A stretch of 64,000 nt of DNA. Source: Botryllus schlosseri (taxonomy: Eukaryota). The stretch covers positions 27,778,001 to 27,842,000 of the forward strand of contig CM119372.1 in assembly GCA_051294905.1 (NCBI GenBank), written 5' to 3'. This document shows positions 13,785-27,251 of this stretch, one piece after another. Below the pieces are notes generated by a model. It did not search any database. It had not been told where the DNA came from and worked only from the letters and a program-made list of their open reading frames with translations. The translations under genes and the position numbers were made by a program. How positions within the stretch are numbered: the first letter of the stretch is position 1; each line of letters begins with the position of its first letter.

Positions 13785-15859
13785 CAGGGTTGTAATGACT
13801 CGAGTCATGACTCGACTCGAGTCAGACTCGAGTCACGATTTTTTTATGACTCGACTTGACTCGAGTCATTTTCTTGAAATGGGAAAATGACTCGACTCGA
13901 CTCGAGTCAATATTTGGATTGACTCGACTTGTACTCGAGTCATTACGCATGACTCGACCCAAGTCATTGACTCGGCTTATTTTATATGACTTGAAGATGA
14001 AGAAATTTGCAAATCATAATGGCTAGATCAACGCATCCGACGAATTCTGCCGACATCGCTATTTGTCACCACTGCTTTCGTTGCACTTGTCTGATATCAG
14101 ATATGCCGCCGTAAAAACAACAGACAATGATACATAGTAGCAATGCATTGTACAAAATCGTCCAGTGATGAAGAGGTAATAGATCCCCCGCAATTAAAGT
14201 ACTCAAGACTTTTCAATTATACAAGCAAACAATTGAATCAAAGTTCAATTAGAGCCGATGAAATGACTTAGATGGTGAAGAGACTGATAAGCTCATGTGT
14301 AGATTTGAAGGCGATGATTCTTTGCATTTTTGGGCGACTAGAAAGAATGAGTATTAAATGCTCCTCAGTGTGTTTCAAAAATGCTTGTCAATTCCTGCAT
14401 CTAGTGCACTAGTGGAGCGTGTATTTAGTAAATGTGGATTCATTCTACGGCCATGCCGCTTTAACATATTTAGATTAGTATTTTTGAGGTGTAACTCATT
14501 GATTTGATCTGCTGTTTGTGAAAACACACAATGCCCTTCGTCCATTTGACGTTTTGTTAGGTATGTGCATTGTGCACGTGAGTAATAATGAATGGCTAAT
14601 GTTGTGTGATGTTTGTACAATATGGCTGTTTTAAAATAACTTCTTTTTTATTTTACTGGGTGGTTACTTGATAAAATTGTGACGTTGCATAAAAGGAACA
14701 CTGAATCTGGCTTAATTTGAAAAAAGTGGAATCAATGATGTGAGAGGAGAATATTTTGGATTTGAAAATAAATGGAGTATTTTAGTGAGAAATTCTTTCA
14801 TAATATATAATAACATAGTAGTAAGCCGACTATTTTTTCACATCCAAAACATTCTACTCTAATAACTTCACTTTTTCTAGTTGAAATTGAGTCAAATTTG
14901 CTAGGAATCATATTTTTACACAATGTAACAATATCATGAGATAGCCGGTAAAATTCGAAAATCTCTATTTGTAATTAGTCTAAAATTTTCTTTCATAGCA
15001 TTGCTTTCTACTGGTTGGAATTGAGCCAAATTTGATTTTTTAGGCAATCTAGCAATTTTAAGAAGTAGCCGGAAAATTTGAAAAAATGTTTTTGAACAGC
15101 CCCATTGTACAATTATTTCTCCAATGCTGTATCTGCGATGTAGTCTGTAATGCAATTGGGAAAACCTTTAGTATAATCAAAGGATATCTGTTCTGTTGTC
15201 ACTGCACAATGCACATAGTTGCATGCACGCTTTTACAGCATGCTGGCCTGTTGTAAATACCCCTACATAAACATCCATCTATTGATTCTCTATCAACTAG
15301 TATCTTGACGTGAATTTGTTGGTTATCTATCAGATAGTATGTAGACGTGAATTTGTTGGTTCTCTATCAGATAGTATGTAGACGTGAATTCGTTGGTTCT
15401 CTATCAGCTATTCGTGAACTATCGTCGATGTGTTCATAATAAAAACTGAATGCTTGTATTGGTGATGTATCAGACTGACAAGAGAGATATTTGATTTTAA
15501 GTTCTAAGATTAGTAAAGTTATCTTTAGCATCGGTAAATGAGGCCAGGACCTGTCCGTTATCTGCCTAAATAAACACGTGCCAAGACTCTGATAGGGACA
15601 AAATGAGCATGTTTCGCAAACAAGGAATTTGATATTACCCAAGCAGGATTGAAAACATGAGTTGAACATGACTTCAATACTGTGACTTGGACTCGACTCG
15701 AGTCATAACACCATGACTCGGACTTGACCCTTTAAACGGTGACTTGGACTCGGACTTGACTCGGTGATGAATTGAAAATGACTTGACTCGACTCGAGTCA
15801 AAACCACAAAAGTATGATTGACTCGTGACTCGGAACCATGTGACTTGGTTACAACCCTG
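13785..15859 (+). mobile_element. Internally deleted hAT element (2075 bp) with GACTCGAGTC arrays
   Basis: TIR CAGGGTTGTAA / TTACAACCCTG; perfect TSD CATTGCAC; remnant CLSIPASSALVERVFSKCGFILRP at ~14382-14455 (hAT dimerisation motif). Confidence 0.92.
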
Positions 15860-16160
15860 CATTGCACACAGGATAAGATGTCATATATCGAGTGAAACGT
15901 AGGCGTTAAAAATTGAGCAGGGCTAATAGGTCGGTACCCGGTTGGAAAGCTGAACAACTCAACCATTCTATTAATGGCAATGCAAGATGATTTGATTTCA
16001 ATATAGGGCTTGGACTCCGATTCGATTCATTGTCAACATATCGATCACATTTCGTTTTCGAAAAAAACATGTCGTAGAGGCTTTGCGTGAGATGTATATC
16101 ACGAAATTCTTAAAACAAAGTAATTTAAAACACGAATCATCTTAAACGTCTTGAATCTAC

Positions 16161-16285
16161 CTGCGGGTGCAGTAGTGGTTGCAGACGAAACAGTTGTGGT
16201 TTCATAAAGTGTTGCTGTTGGCGTAGAAGAGGTCGATGCGGGCGTGGTTGCATGGTCAGTTGTATACGTATCTTCTGGACAAGTC
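16161..16285 (-). CDS. Candidate exon: Ser/Thr/Pro-rich mucin-like stalk (TCPEDTYTTDHATTPASTSSTPTATLYETTTVSSATTTAPA)
   Basis: Acceptor TTATTTTCAG, donor GTAGAT; open frame, phase 2 to 1, compatible with exon 16374-16416. Confidence 0.6.
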
Positions 16286-16373
16286 CTGAAAATAAGACGT
16301 CTATTAGCAAATAGGCTGGGCTATTGGCATCATCAACTGTCTGTCCTCGATCAAAATATGTCAGTAAAGTCAC

Positions 16374-16416
16374 CTTATGAAGGGACAATGCTGGTTCGGA
16401 ACCGAAGCTGCATTTG
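16374..16416 (-). CDS. Candidate small exon (NAASVPNQHCPFI)
   Basis: CCCCAG acceptor, GTGAC donor; phase 1 to 2; 88-bp intron to the next exon. Confidence 0.4.
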
Positions 16417-19129
16417 CTGGGGTCGGAGATTAGGTTTATGATTGAAAATACATACAGGTAATTGTTACGATTGCTGCGTTGCAATTCATCCAGTATCCAC
16501 TTTACTTTTCGTTTCGAGCAGGGGTTATCAAACTAGGTTCCACTGCACTCTTGGGGTTCATGGATCAATTTTCAGGGACCACGATGCACCTCCAGAAACA
16601 TACCAATTTTTCCGAGAAAAGTAATACAGACTATTAGTAACTTCAGGCAACTTATATTAAAAAGAAAACTCAACGCTCGAATGGGTTAATCATCCTCAAG
16701 TGGAATATCTATCTTGGCTAGATTGATCCATCTTGAAATTTTCCTCGCGATTTGCGCAATCTGCGTGTGAGGGACATTCAGCCATCGACGCAATTCAGCG
16801 TCGACCATTTCCACCAAGGAAGCTAAATACTGGTCGCAATGCGACTACAATTTGATCTACCACAAAGATCCGTGGCGATAAAAATCGGTGGTCAAAATCT
16901 TGGGTATTGTTATGTCTGGCGCCAAAATGACGGCACTGAGTCGTCTTTTCCGTGCTATTTGAGCCCCGTGGTACACTGCAGCCCAAGAATCGAGGAAGCC
17001 GATTTTATGAAATAACAAATCGGTAGGTATGAGAAGTGAGCAACTTGAATCTAACGGGAGAAGACAGTATATGAATAGACTTGACGGCGTGGTACGGTTA
17101 GTTGTTCTTGTTCTTTATTAAACAAACAGATGTGGCGCTTATCGCCTGACGGTCGTTTGCACCACGGTCAGTGATATATTGTAAACGATACGTGGAGGTC
17201 GTATGAAATAATAACGGAAATCAGAATGAATCAACAACGATCAAATACCAGAATAAACTAAAACACTGAAATTATAAATAGCGGGTAAATCATAAAGGCA
17301 CGGTTAGTATATACGGTTTGTGAAAAATAATATAATCAAGTTTTCGAAGGCACCATCTCCATCAGCTCTACCGGTAACTCTAATTACGTGGGCTGAGAGA
17401 GAATCAAAAATCTAATGTATTCAGGTACTCTGTCAGGTATTCTAATACCCAATGCGGTAGAACATTTACTCTCGGCATATTGCCTGTAAATATGATAAAT
17501 AAATCGATGATTCGTGACTGAAAATTGTGATTTGGACTTGGACGTAACCTTTCGTATAATCTCTCGTACTCGGTGACCAAATAAAATGACTCGCTTTGAC
17601 TCGAGCAAAACGTTAAAATCAGAGAAGGATTCATCACTCGGAACGCAGTGACTTGAATACAACCATGGATGCAACAAACTATCCGTTCGTAATAGTAATG
17701 GTTTAGAAAGTCGAAGCTTTGTATTCCACTATCTGTGTACGTCATTGTAGCAACCATTGGCATTAAATGGTCCAATTGTTAGTTACATTTTAGGGCCTTT
17801 ATGCATGTTATTAACGTCACTTAACTGAAGCGAGTAGCCTAGTGGCACGCTTTATCGCTGTAACACCAATAAGTTGTTCGGCGATTGCGCATCTTTAATA
17901 CTATGCCATCATAATTATTACATTTATGTTGATAAATATTTGTTCCAATATTCAAAGGTCAGTCTAATGCTGTTTTAATTTTACTTGGGCAATGCGATTA
18001 TAAATAGCTTAACATCAACAGTATACGCGGAGCCAGGATTTGGCTATACACAGCTTAGATATCATATCAATTTATGTTAAAAATTCAAATGTCCGCTATA
18101 GCTGCAAAATAGTAACGCGAAAGCTTTTGTGATGACATGATGCATTTGTGCTCTCGCAATGTGTCTATATCTCATGATTTTGACAAATTATGCTTACTCA
18201 CTATCAAGTACAGAAAAAATTTTATTCGAATATTTGAACATCTTATTGTGTTTTATCACGTCATATAAGGCCTACTTGAAAAGACATTGAATACCATATT
18301 TGTGGCCCGCGGCGTCATCTAAAACTAGAAAATTGGCCCACGAGCATATTTGAGTTTGATGCATTTAAAAAGACAATTGTTATCTCGCGAGGCCTTCTCA
18401 TCGCCATCGTTATGCCGTCGAGTTAGGCCTTATATGCCTTCCAATCGACCGACCGGAAAACACAAATATTATAATTCGATGCAAAACGCAACCGTCTGTC
18501 TTTTTTTAGATACAAATGCCACAGACAATAGCAGTCGGTTCATCTTTTACGCACGGTGCCATCAGATTCATAATCGGTTGTTCATATCTCATGATAATGC
18601 GTTGCCATTGGTCTGATTATGCAATTTCTTCATCAAAACTTGGTTCTTGACTGAGTGGACAACATTGCATCATCATTTCCTCAAATGTCATTAGAATATT
18701 TTCCGATATACAAAGCTCTCAAAGAATTTTTACCAACAGATCTTGTTTAAATTTGCATTCAAACGACAGTGACCAGTCTTTTGTCGTACTTAAGCGGTAC
18801 CGTCGATAAATCTATTTACACTACACAATTTACCAACTCTAATATATGCCCGCCGAATTTACTGAGACAGCTACCCATGATGACAGTCAACTTTACAAAC
18901 GTAATGGACTCACGGACGTCTCATTCGATTCGTCATAAAGCCTACCTATTATATTGCTTACCCAAACGCAAATCGTATTCCTAATCAGGTGAAAGTTGAG
19001 AATGTTTTCACGGTGAATGATTTTTTTTGTCATGATAATACGATATAGCAACGTTTGTTGATATGGTTGCCTAAACCATTGTCTTCAACGATGGTAGGAT
19101 TGTTTCACAATAATATGCTGAACTCTCAC

Positions 19130-19226
19130 CTTTCTCTGCATTGAATCAAATCTTCTTTGTAAATCGTAATCAGTTTCTTGTATAGGTAAGATTGCTCGCG
19201 GTTGATTAATCGAAGAACTGTGTTGT
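19130..19226 (-). CDS. Candidate exon 4 of the minus-strand secreted/membrane protein gene (NTVLRLINREQSYLYKKLITIYKEDLIQCRE)
   Basis: Pyrimidine-rich acceptor TTTCTTTACCAG, donor GTGAG; phase 1 to 2, in frame with exon 20121-20269. Confidence 0.6.
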
Positions 19227-20120
19227 CTGGTAAAGAAATACAATAAGGTTGGACATGGAGAGTGCTATATCTGATACCGGTGGGTGGGGACATTGGTAAA
19301 CTATTGATGTTCCAGATGACGCTGGCAATGAAACGATAGCCGTGAGATTCAAGCCGATAGCATCATTGTTTTTTATCTCTTCTCACATAAACGTTAAATT
19401 CCCCGCAGCAGAAGATTGTCACAGTGCCAGAAAATGAAGAACTTTCCTCGCGTACGGCCGAAAATTCTCTCGCCCATCAAAAGTTGAGAACCCCCGACAT
19501 AGTTTATATCATACTGATTTCTGTTTGGGCAAACTACGCCTCGCAACATAATTCTAAATCCGCCGATTATGATCTCATTTTCATTCGAAATTAACGAGGG
19601 TACAAGTGTGGGCAACTGCGCATCATCGGCGGATTGTCTCGCCATTTCAAATGGATTTCTAAATTCGATCAATGCCCTCTGGTTTTGATGAGTTATCTTT
19701 TTCTCGTGCAGCGAGTGATTTGAAGATTGGAAGCAATGATTCCTGAAATGGGCCGTTACAGCGCTCTCTTGGCGTATTTTAGTTCCTCAGTTAGGTGAAA
19801 TAGAAAATATAGACATTTTCTTTTGAGGCGAATAACTTTCAAAAGAGCAGGATTGGCTTACGCATTTCGAATGCGTTATCGGGGAATTACCAATATCATC
19901 TGTTGCTTGAGGTCATGTAAGGGGAATATGGTTGATCTATTGGGCTCCCTTCTCTATGTCACCTTCATGATTGGTCCACAAACACGGTAATTGACCACAA
20001 TGCTAATGATTGACTTGGATACAATTGAATTATGATGACCTAATTCTTATTTTATTTCTATTATACTGTACATGATTCGATATTTAGGTAGCATTTTATC
20101 ACGAAACACACAATGCTTAC

Positions 20121-20269
20121 TACTATAACTGCCATCTTCGCAGAACTCGACCGTGCAGTTGAAAGGGTCCTGCGTCGAATTCAAGGCGGTTTGATTCACG
20201 CATTGAATCCCGGAAAAGTCCGAGCATTCAAAAAGCGACGTCCAATTCGTATCGCTCTTATTGACGAAG
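20121..20269 (-). CDS. Candidate exon 3: Cys-rich, N-glycosylated segment (FVNKSDTNWTSLFECSDFSGIQCVNQTALNSTQDPFNCTVEFCEDGSYS)
   Basis: Acceptor TTGTGTTACAG, donor GTAAGC; 4 Cys and 5 N-x-S/T sequons; phase 2 to 1. Confidence 0.65.
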
Positions 20270-21768
20270 CTGTAACACAAGTAGAATGTGAATGAGTATA
20301 TAAGAGCTGCCATAGTAGTACTATACAAATTATATTCGTGTTCTGCGATACGAGCCTGCAGTAGGCTATACGCTACCATGAAAATGATAACTTTGAAGCT
20401 TATGAATACGTTAAAACGATCAATAACGAAGTAGTGAAGTAATTTGAAGTATTCATGTAGGTTTCTAATTGAATTGGTGAGTCGACATTTCGTAACTTCC
20501 CCTTATTTTTATCAATAATCAAAATCACCATTAGGAAGTTTTTGTATATGTTAGTCACTATGGTGCAATTTGCAATTTTGAATGCTGTCACTGTCAGTGA
20601 TTGCCTGTGGCGTCCCGTTCCCATCTACTTGATTGGGTACAATATCACGTTTTTCCTCTATTTCTATACTTGAGTTGATAAATGCCCTGTATACCCGAAA
20701 ATGAGTGGAAATCAACTGCATTATCCTACTTCTACACCTTGGCAAGGGCCTACAATGAATCTGTTGATCACCACAAGCAAGGCCCATGTTACTTTAACTA
20801 AATTGTATAAAATTTACGATTCATGTGCTAGCGATGTTTCCTTGCTTCCCCGTGCGTGATCAAGATCATGCAATAAATGCAGATACTCACTCTGCTCTCT
20901 TGCACAGTCGAAACCAAAACGTTTCACACAAAAATGGATGACCAATTAGGATGGGGAAAAAGATAAATATCACGTGTTTATTATGAAACAGATTTATCTT
21001 ATAGTTTGATATCATTATACCAGCAACCGTGCCGTAAACGCCGCCATTCAATCGCACGGAGTCATATTACAATTCACGGTCATGACCCGCTGACTCTAAT
21101 GTCTAATGGTACGAAATTGTCAGTAATAGGCTCTCCGTACTGCTATGCGCCAATATAAGTCAAGTTCTGTTTAATTCAGTACATTCTGCACGAGTAAAAA
21201 TATGCTCGTTCCCACTGGCTCTATGAAACGCAGATTAGTTCATTTTACAGTCAAGAAATTTGATGTGGCGCTGAAATCAACGCTACGTGACGTCAACGAT
21301 TATATTGTACAGAAGAGCGACGATTCTGCCTACGTAATATTCAGCGAATATAAGTCAATTACCCATTGCTTCATCAATGACTTTGAATTATACTTGATCA
21401 GTGAGTTGAGCATTGCCACCACTGTCGTTACGGCTTTCTCCCAACACAGAAAAATCGGTTGTCGAGGGAATATTGGACACACGTAGGTGGACGCACACAC
21501 ATGCCCTGCTCAGTATCACAACTCGAGACTTTTCCTATGACACCTGTGGCCCGTTCAGCTCCTAGGTATGTGGCGTCGTCAAACATATGCGAGTTGAATT
21601 TTGTGATCACAAGGGCGCCGCAGTCGGGAGAAACCATTTATCAAAAGTGATGTCATGGCTCTATCATATGTCAGAATTAGTTTACACGAAAATGTACACA
21701 AACAGTTGTTTAGAACGTAAAAACGATTCGAATGTTATCGATTAAACATTCTGAATACAATCACATAC

Positions 21769-21877
21769 CATCCACGCTCAACTTGATCTTTCCAATCCGC
21801 TACGTTTTGGCGCCAATCAAGAAGATCATTTATCCATTCACTTTCAGCATCCCCGATGTCATCATACGATGAAGCCG
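21769..21877 (-). CDS. Candidate exon 2 (ASSYDDIGDAESEWINDLLDWRQNVADWKDQVERG)
   Basis: Acceptor CAACAG, donor GTATGT; phase 1 to 2, joining the signal-peptide exon to exon 3 in frame. Confidence 0.6.
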
Positions 21878-23209
21878 CTGTTGGTTGCACGAAATGCAAT
21901 TTAAATTAAGAAGAGAATTGCATAGTTTTCGACTTAATTGGAAGTCCATAAACAGTTTTGGCGGTAGTTGATCAAAGTGGGCGGCGAGACGAAAGTACGG
22001 AAAAATCCTTTCTATCAGATCTGTGAGCACTGACTCATCTGCAACAGTTTTATCGTGACGTGAACTGCAACATTTATGACCCCAAATAAATTATTACCGA
22101 GTACTCTACATCGCAGCAAATTTTGTATTTTTGTCCATACCTATTTCATAATAGCCCCTTTTAAGGCAATGCTACGCGTCTAAGACAATTCCACAAAATT
22201 AAAGTGTGTTCCGCCATGGCAAGGAGAAAGCGCCGTAACTGCAACAATCGTTGACTAAATAAAGTCGTAGTGACATAACAGTGTATGATCTCAACAATCG
22301 GAAAATATCGTCTCTCATTGCTCGACTAGAATTAATGTAACTAGCCCGAATTAATATAAGTAGGCCTATAAACGGGCAGAAAGTAAGTAACTAAATTAGC
22401 TTAAAAGTTAACTAAATTTGGAAGAGATACTTGCTAAGAAGTTACTCAAAGAAGTAGCTCTAAAGTTTGTTTTTTCTCAGCCATCTTTTACTGCCAGAAC
22501 TTCTATCAAGTGTCGTTGAATTCTTCCTGGCCATCAGAGCGATAATTTGAGCCATTTATTGGTAAATGACTTGTGACTTGTGATAGGAATTTTGTACCGT
22601 TGAGCACCAAACCGATACGGTGATAAGCGTCACATTGTATCATTTTCACAACTGATAATAAAACTCATGAGACATATCCAACATATTCCGGTTAACTTTT
22701 GATTCGACATGATCCAAAAGATCACGTTATTGTCCGATTGATATCATAATTCTGAGAAGGAACCAATACAACATGGTGTGTCAGTGATGCATTACTCGCA
22801 CTTGCATTACGACCACCAGATCTGCCCATTTCGATGCCACCTTATCTTGGCAACCAGTCGAACTATCGCCGCACTTGAAGATGAGCATTTGAGCAATGAT
22901 ACCACGGTAAAAAAACGACGCACTTGCGGACGACTTCAGGACTATGCACTCCGACTCCGCCAATCACGCTGCAGACCTAGGTTTGGCTCCCCGTCGAGGA
23001 GAGTAATTTTAAGCATGTCATTTCAAGTCACTGGATCATTGTTTGGACGGTATGTATAATCCTATATGTAGAATATTTTGGGTTACGAATTCTCAATAAC
23101 GTAGTCGATCTCGCAACTACTATAAAGCCTGTCAGCGAGTTTGAAAATTCCACGCCTACCCTACATCATTGAAAGTCGAAAATACTTATATTAATGATGT
23201 TATTCTTAC

Positions 23210-23270
23210 CTTGCCCATGAACGGAGCAATGAATTCCCACAAAGAAAAGCAAGGCAGCCACTGACGTCAT
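23210..23270 (-). CDS. Candidate first coding exon: signal peptide MTSVAALLFFVGIHCSVHGQ
   Basis: ATG preceded by an in-frame stop; hydrophobic core with a V-H-G cleavage-like end; phase-1 donor G|GTAAG. Confidence 0.65.
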
Positions 23271-23552
23271 CAGGACACTTTCCAGCAATTTTCTCGTAAT
23301 ATACGCAGAGATTCAGCACAGCATAGATATGAGGCTAGTGAGATCACCGTAATGCACCTGGAAGACCGAGCTTTGACTGTACAGTAGTTCAATGTTACCG
23401 ACTTCCAATAGATAACACACTGCTAGTCTGTGTCGTGGCAAATTAGCGGGAATGATAGGTTACTCATCTGAAACACCTATGTGTGGATTGCGAGTTCGAA
23501 TCCGACCGAGGTCGACTGTACATTCCCAACGAATTGTTAGAGGTCGGTCTAG

Positions 23553-24729
23553 CAGTGGTCGGGAACCTTTTTTGTCCGAAGAGCTATATTGACCCAATTT
23601 TTTCCATCTCAACTCTCAAAGAGCCATGCATGCCAATCAATTGTTACGTCACAATTGTAAATTTGTGACGTCGTGGTAGGACTAATTCGAAGTCACTACA
23701 TGGGATTCCTCGTGTGCGCAACATTTTCTCTGTAAAAACTGGTATTTATTGTTCGAAAATAAAGCTCGAAACGATAGGTATAAGACGCAGGCGGGCCAAG
23801 CCTCACCAATGATAACGAAATTGGTCGTAAGTAGCTTAGAATTTATAATAACTGATATTAATCGAATGTGACTGTCACACTGATTCTGAAAATCTAAATA
23901 CTTCTCAATTCTCAGAGTATTCCACGGTAACACAACGTTGCGCTAAACGCATACATTTTATCGCCGCTATACAGAACGTAGAGAACGTAGATATGGCGCT
24001 GTTCGTAATGCGAGTTAGTAATTGTGAATGTCACATCCACAACAGTTCAGTTCGCGCCGTAGACCTGGAAGACCATGTGTATTTGAAAACTGCGTTTTGA
24101 AATGAGCGTCGCCATGTCTGCTATGCTCTTTGATTCAACGTATCGCGCAATGCAAGATTTCGATTCGCATACATCGCCAGGAGGTTTGAGTCACCAGTCA
24201 TTTCGATGGCGTGGGTTCGAATCCCATCGCTGCCACCACGCCAGGATACAGAGTCTGTACTCCCTGTGGCACCACGAAACGATGTCGTCACATGATAAAG
24301 GTTTATTACAGAAGAGAGACACGAGTATATAGTCGTTATATAAGGCAACTAAATAAAGGGCGCAATCAGCGAACTAATCATTAGCCTGTCAATCAACAAG
24401 AGCCGAGCTTCGGTTCCATAACACAAACAATACTAGCGCATAGAATTCGCGAGTGATATTGGCCGACAGCGTGACAGTAATTAAATCCGATGATTTTGAA
24501 GACAGGGGGTCCGAGCCCCTAAACCTGAAGACAAGACGGCATTGTCTTTAACTCTCAGAGACATGTTTATACCGCCACGAGGATAATTATTTTGGCCGTG
24601 ATGAAAATTTACCAACAAGTCTCTGAGATATTGATCAATTCAGTACAAAAATAAATATTTGACAAAGAGCCATATCTTATACTCAAAAGAGCTATATACG
24701 GCTCGCGAGCCATAGGTTCCCGACCACTG
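23553..24729. mobile_element. Buster/Charlie-type non-autonomous hAT element
   Basis: Perfect 16-bp TIR CAGTGGTCGGGAACCT; TSD decayed (CGGTCTAG / GTGTATAG). Confidence 0.8.
24192..24238 (+). pseudogene. 3' half of a tRNA-Leu-like sequence with encoded CCA
   Basis: CACCAGTCATTTCGATGGCGTGGGTTCGAATCCCATCGCTGCCACCA: long variable arm, T-arm and acceptor 3' strand typical of eukaryotic tRNA-Leu; 5' half absent. Confidence 0.7.
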
Positions 24730-25197
24730 GTGTATAGACTCATTCGTCCTCTCTATCCGCTATGTGTGTCTTATTAAGTCCAAAAATGAGCCGTGCTAAA
24801 AGTGTCGAAATATACACTATCATGTAATCAAAAATATCGGTCTGATGTAGAATGGCCTATGTAGTTGTAACATTATGAAAATCAAAACAACAAAATAACA
24901 ATTCTTCGGTCCTGCGAACTACAACGTGTCTTCACACTGTTTATGATTCGGAATTCTTGGCCAACATGTGCCCCAAAGCGACAGGTAGTATGATTAGCTC
25001 ACGATTTTTATTTGTAATATGAGCCACCACACCCAATGTTTGGCAACCCTTAGCAACGACTGTAGGAATTCATATAGAGATGCTGTTGTTGTTTTGGTTT
25101 CACGGTGTTTCGACTACTACAACCATTAACAGTATAGGCCGAGATTCTTTATTATTCTACCTGATCTGCCGACGAACGACACACCTTCGTTCTAGGC

Positions 25198-26765
25198 CAG
25201 TGGTTCTCAAACTGGAGGTCATGAGTAGAGCCCGACCGATATTGGATTTTTGAGCCGATACCGATAAGACCGATATCCAGTACCTCCACCGATAACCCCG
25301 ATATATTCAGCCGATATTCAAAAGGTATGGAATCTAGCTCAAGGCCCAATTTTAACAACTCAAGAGCATTTATTTCAACAGCTTTACAGCCATTTATATG
25401 CTTGAACATGAAATAAATGATCTAGGGGCTATAAAAATATATCAAAAGCACCAATCCAGCAGTTGCAGATTACAGTTCACGAAGCACAATTTCTCGGCTC
25501 TTTCTCCAAGGAATGAACTTCTGTGGTCTTCCATAAATGATGTATATAGTACTAAACATAGTGAGCAGTCTTTCACTTGGTACCATAGTTAGTGGCACAG
25601 CAAGAATTGGAAATCCTTCTTCATTTCGGTTCCACCGCTTCCTTGCAGGGATCTTTCCTTCAATGGTTTCACCAAATATTGATATCAATATTCTTCTGGC
25701 AGTGCACCTGGAGCCTTCAGCACATCATTAACAAATAACTGAAGAGAATGTGCAAAACAACTGAAATTGTCCACGTCTGCAACTGTTCCACCAATCCCCG
25801 TTGGGCCTTGACCACCACCAGCATTCAAACAATCAATTGATCAATATTTTACGCTCTTTGTCAGAATTGGAATATGTCATCATGGAATTAAAAATTTTCG
25901 TATCAATTATTGGCTCTACTTCACGTTTTCTTGATTTTCTTGCCCTCTATGCTCGCATATTTCCTATCATGGTGGCCCCGAAGGGCGAAGGCCTCAGTCA
26001 GACGACTTCATACATTACTGGTAGCTCTGTTGGTACCGAACCAATAGCACTATCTTCCGAGAAATGTTTCGACGAGACGCTTTTCTCTATCATCACGAGG
26101 GTCAGTCCAGCATGATTGATGTTCTCATTTCTCTTACTGATTGAAATCTTCTGCAGACAACTATCCACCCAGCTGCTCTCTGTCTTTGGTGAGCGATTAC
26201 TGCAGGGGATTCCCACAAAGTCAGTGGGGCATAACGGTGGTTAGTATTCCCTAATATTTTTCACATACGCACGCCTACTGCCTGTATGGAGTATGCACTA
26301 TGTGCAGCTTGGCCATTTATTTTTTATAACTTACCGTCCTCACGTCTTCTATCGATTTCTCTGACTCCCTGCCACCATGTTGTGACGTCACGAAAATGGC
26401 CGATATTTTTTTACCTTCAACGGCCGATACCGATATTTCTCTCCAAGCGTGATATCGACTCGATATTATCGGCCAGCCGATAATCGGTCGGGCTCTAGTC
26501 ATGAGAGCATCTGAAAGAGGGCGCGAAGCTGCTGTCGACTGAAATTTTCTCGCGCGCGGCGCGATTTGCTTCCATTTCATAGGTATTGCTCTGTGTATAG
26601 TCCTTTGAGAATTCTCTCATCAACAGTAAATCCTTCCATGCCACCAAACTATCCGTTGGGATTGCCAGCATTGTGGTTGTATTTTGTGATATGACGATGA
26701 GATAAGCGCGAAAATTTTCACTATCATAAAGGGGGGCGTGCCCAAAAAAAGTTTGCGAACAACTG
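25198..26765. mobile_element. Buster/Charlie-type MITE hosting a second hAT element
   Basis: Termini CAGTGGTTCTCAAACT / AGTTTGCGAACAACTG; TSD TTCTAGGC / TTCCAGGC. Confidence 0.75.
25226..26497. mobile_element. hAT non-autonomous element with CCGATA subterminal repeats
   Basis: Perfect TIR TAGAGCCCGACCGAT; perfect TSD GTCATGAG. Confidence 0.92.
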
Positions 26766-27251
26766 TTCCAGGCTTTTTCTCGGACACCGCTGACTCGGAT
26801 CATGTGGCTTGGAGGTAGATATACAGCTAACACTTCGGTAGGAATCCTGGAGTTGACCTCGGTCAGATTTGAACTCGCAACCAATTTATGTTGCAGTTGT
26901 GGAAGGTACCACTACGCTATCTCGCCGCCCATATGGAATTCAATTTTCCGTCTATTATGTTTAGATCATTTACAAATGTCCCTATGACAAGCCGAGTGTA
27001 AGGCAGGCTTGTTGACATTATTATATGCCTTACTCGAGCGTCGGGAAAAGTTGCGTTGCCTACTCACGCTAATCCGATGACGAAACTTCTAATCTCCTTG
27101 TGATGTGTAATATCTCATTGCGTAGTGCTAATAAGCACTCTATTTCATACACCAATAGTTCCAAGGCTGATGAGACATTTGGTTTGCTTATTTATTCGGA
27201 AAGCAAACAGTACTTCTATGTTCATTGAAATAACAGTTTCGAGATAGCGTA

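Larger units (their letters stand above)
23433..24900 (+). mobile_element. tRNA-derived SINE copy interrupted by the hAT element at 23553-24729
   Basis: B-box-like AGTTCGAATCC then CCGACCGAGGTC; 3' part with a CAA-rich tail at ~24880-24900; similar to copies at 25085-26929 and 62833-63096; boundaries approximate. Confidence 0.55.
25085..26929 (-). mobile_element. tRNA-derived SINE copy split by nested hAT elements (25198-26765)
   Basis: Minus strand: A box TAGCGTAGTGG, B box AGTTCAAATCT, GACCGAGGTCAACTCCAG; resumes below 25197 with AATAAAGAATCTCGG...GTAGTCGAAACACCGTGAAAACCAAAACAACAAC. Confidence 0.65.

Noticed and set aside
13785..13990. GACTCGAGTC cluster as a CRISPR or regulatory array
   Set aside because: These are subterminal repeats of a TSD-flanked hAT element.
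19394..19742. Open minus-strand frame as an extra exon of the glycoprotein gene
   Set aside because: Its acceptor is open only in a phase incompatible with the flanking exons and no clear donor was found.
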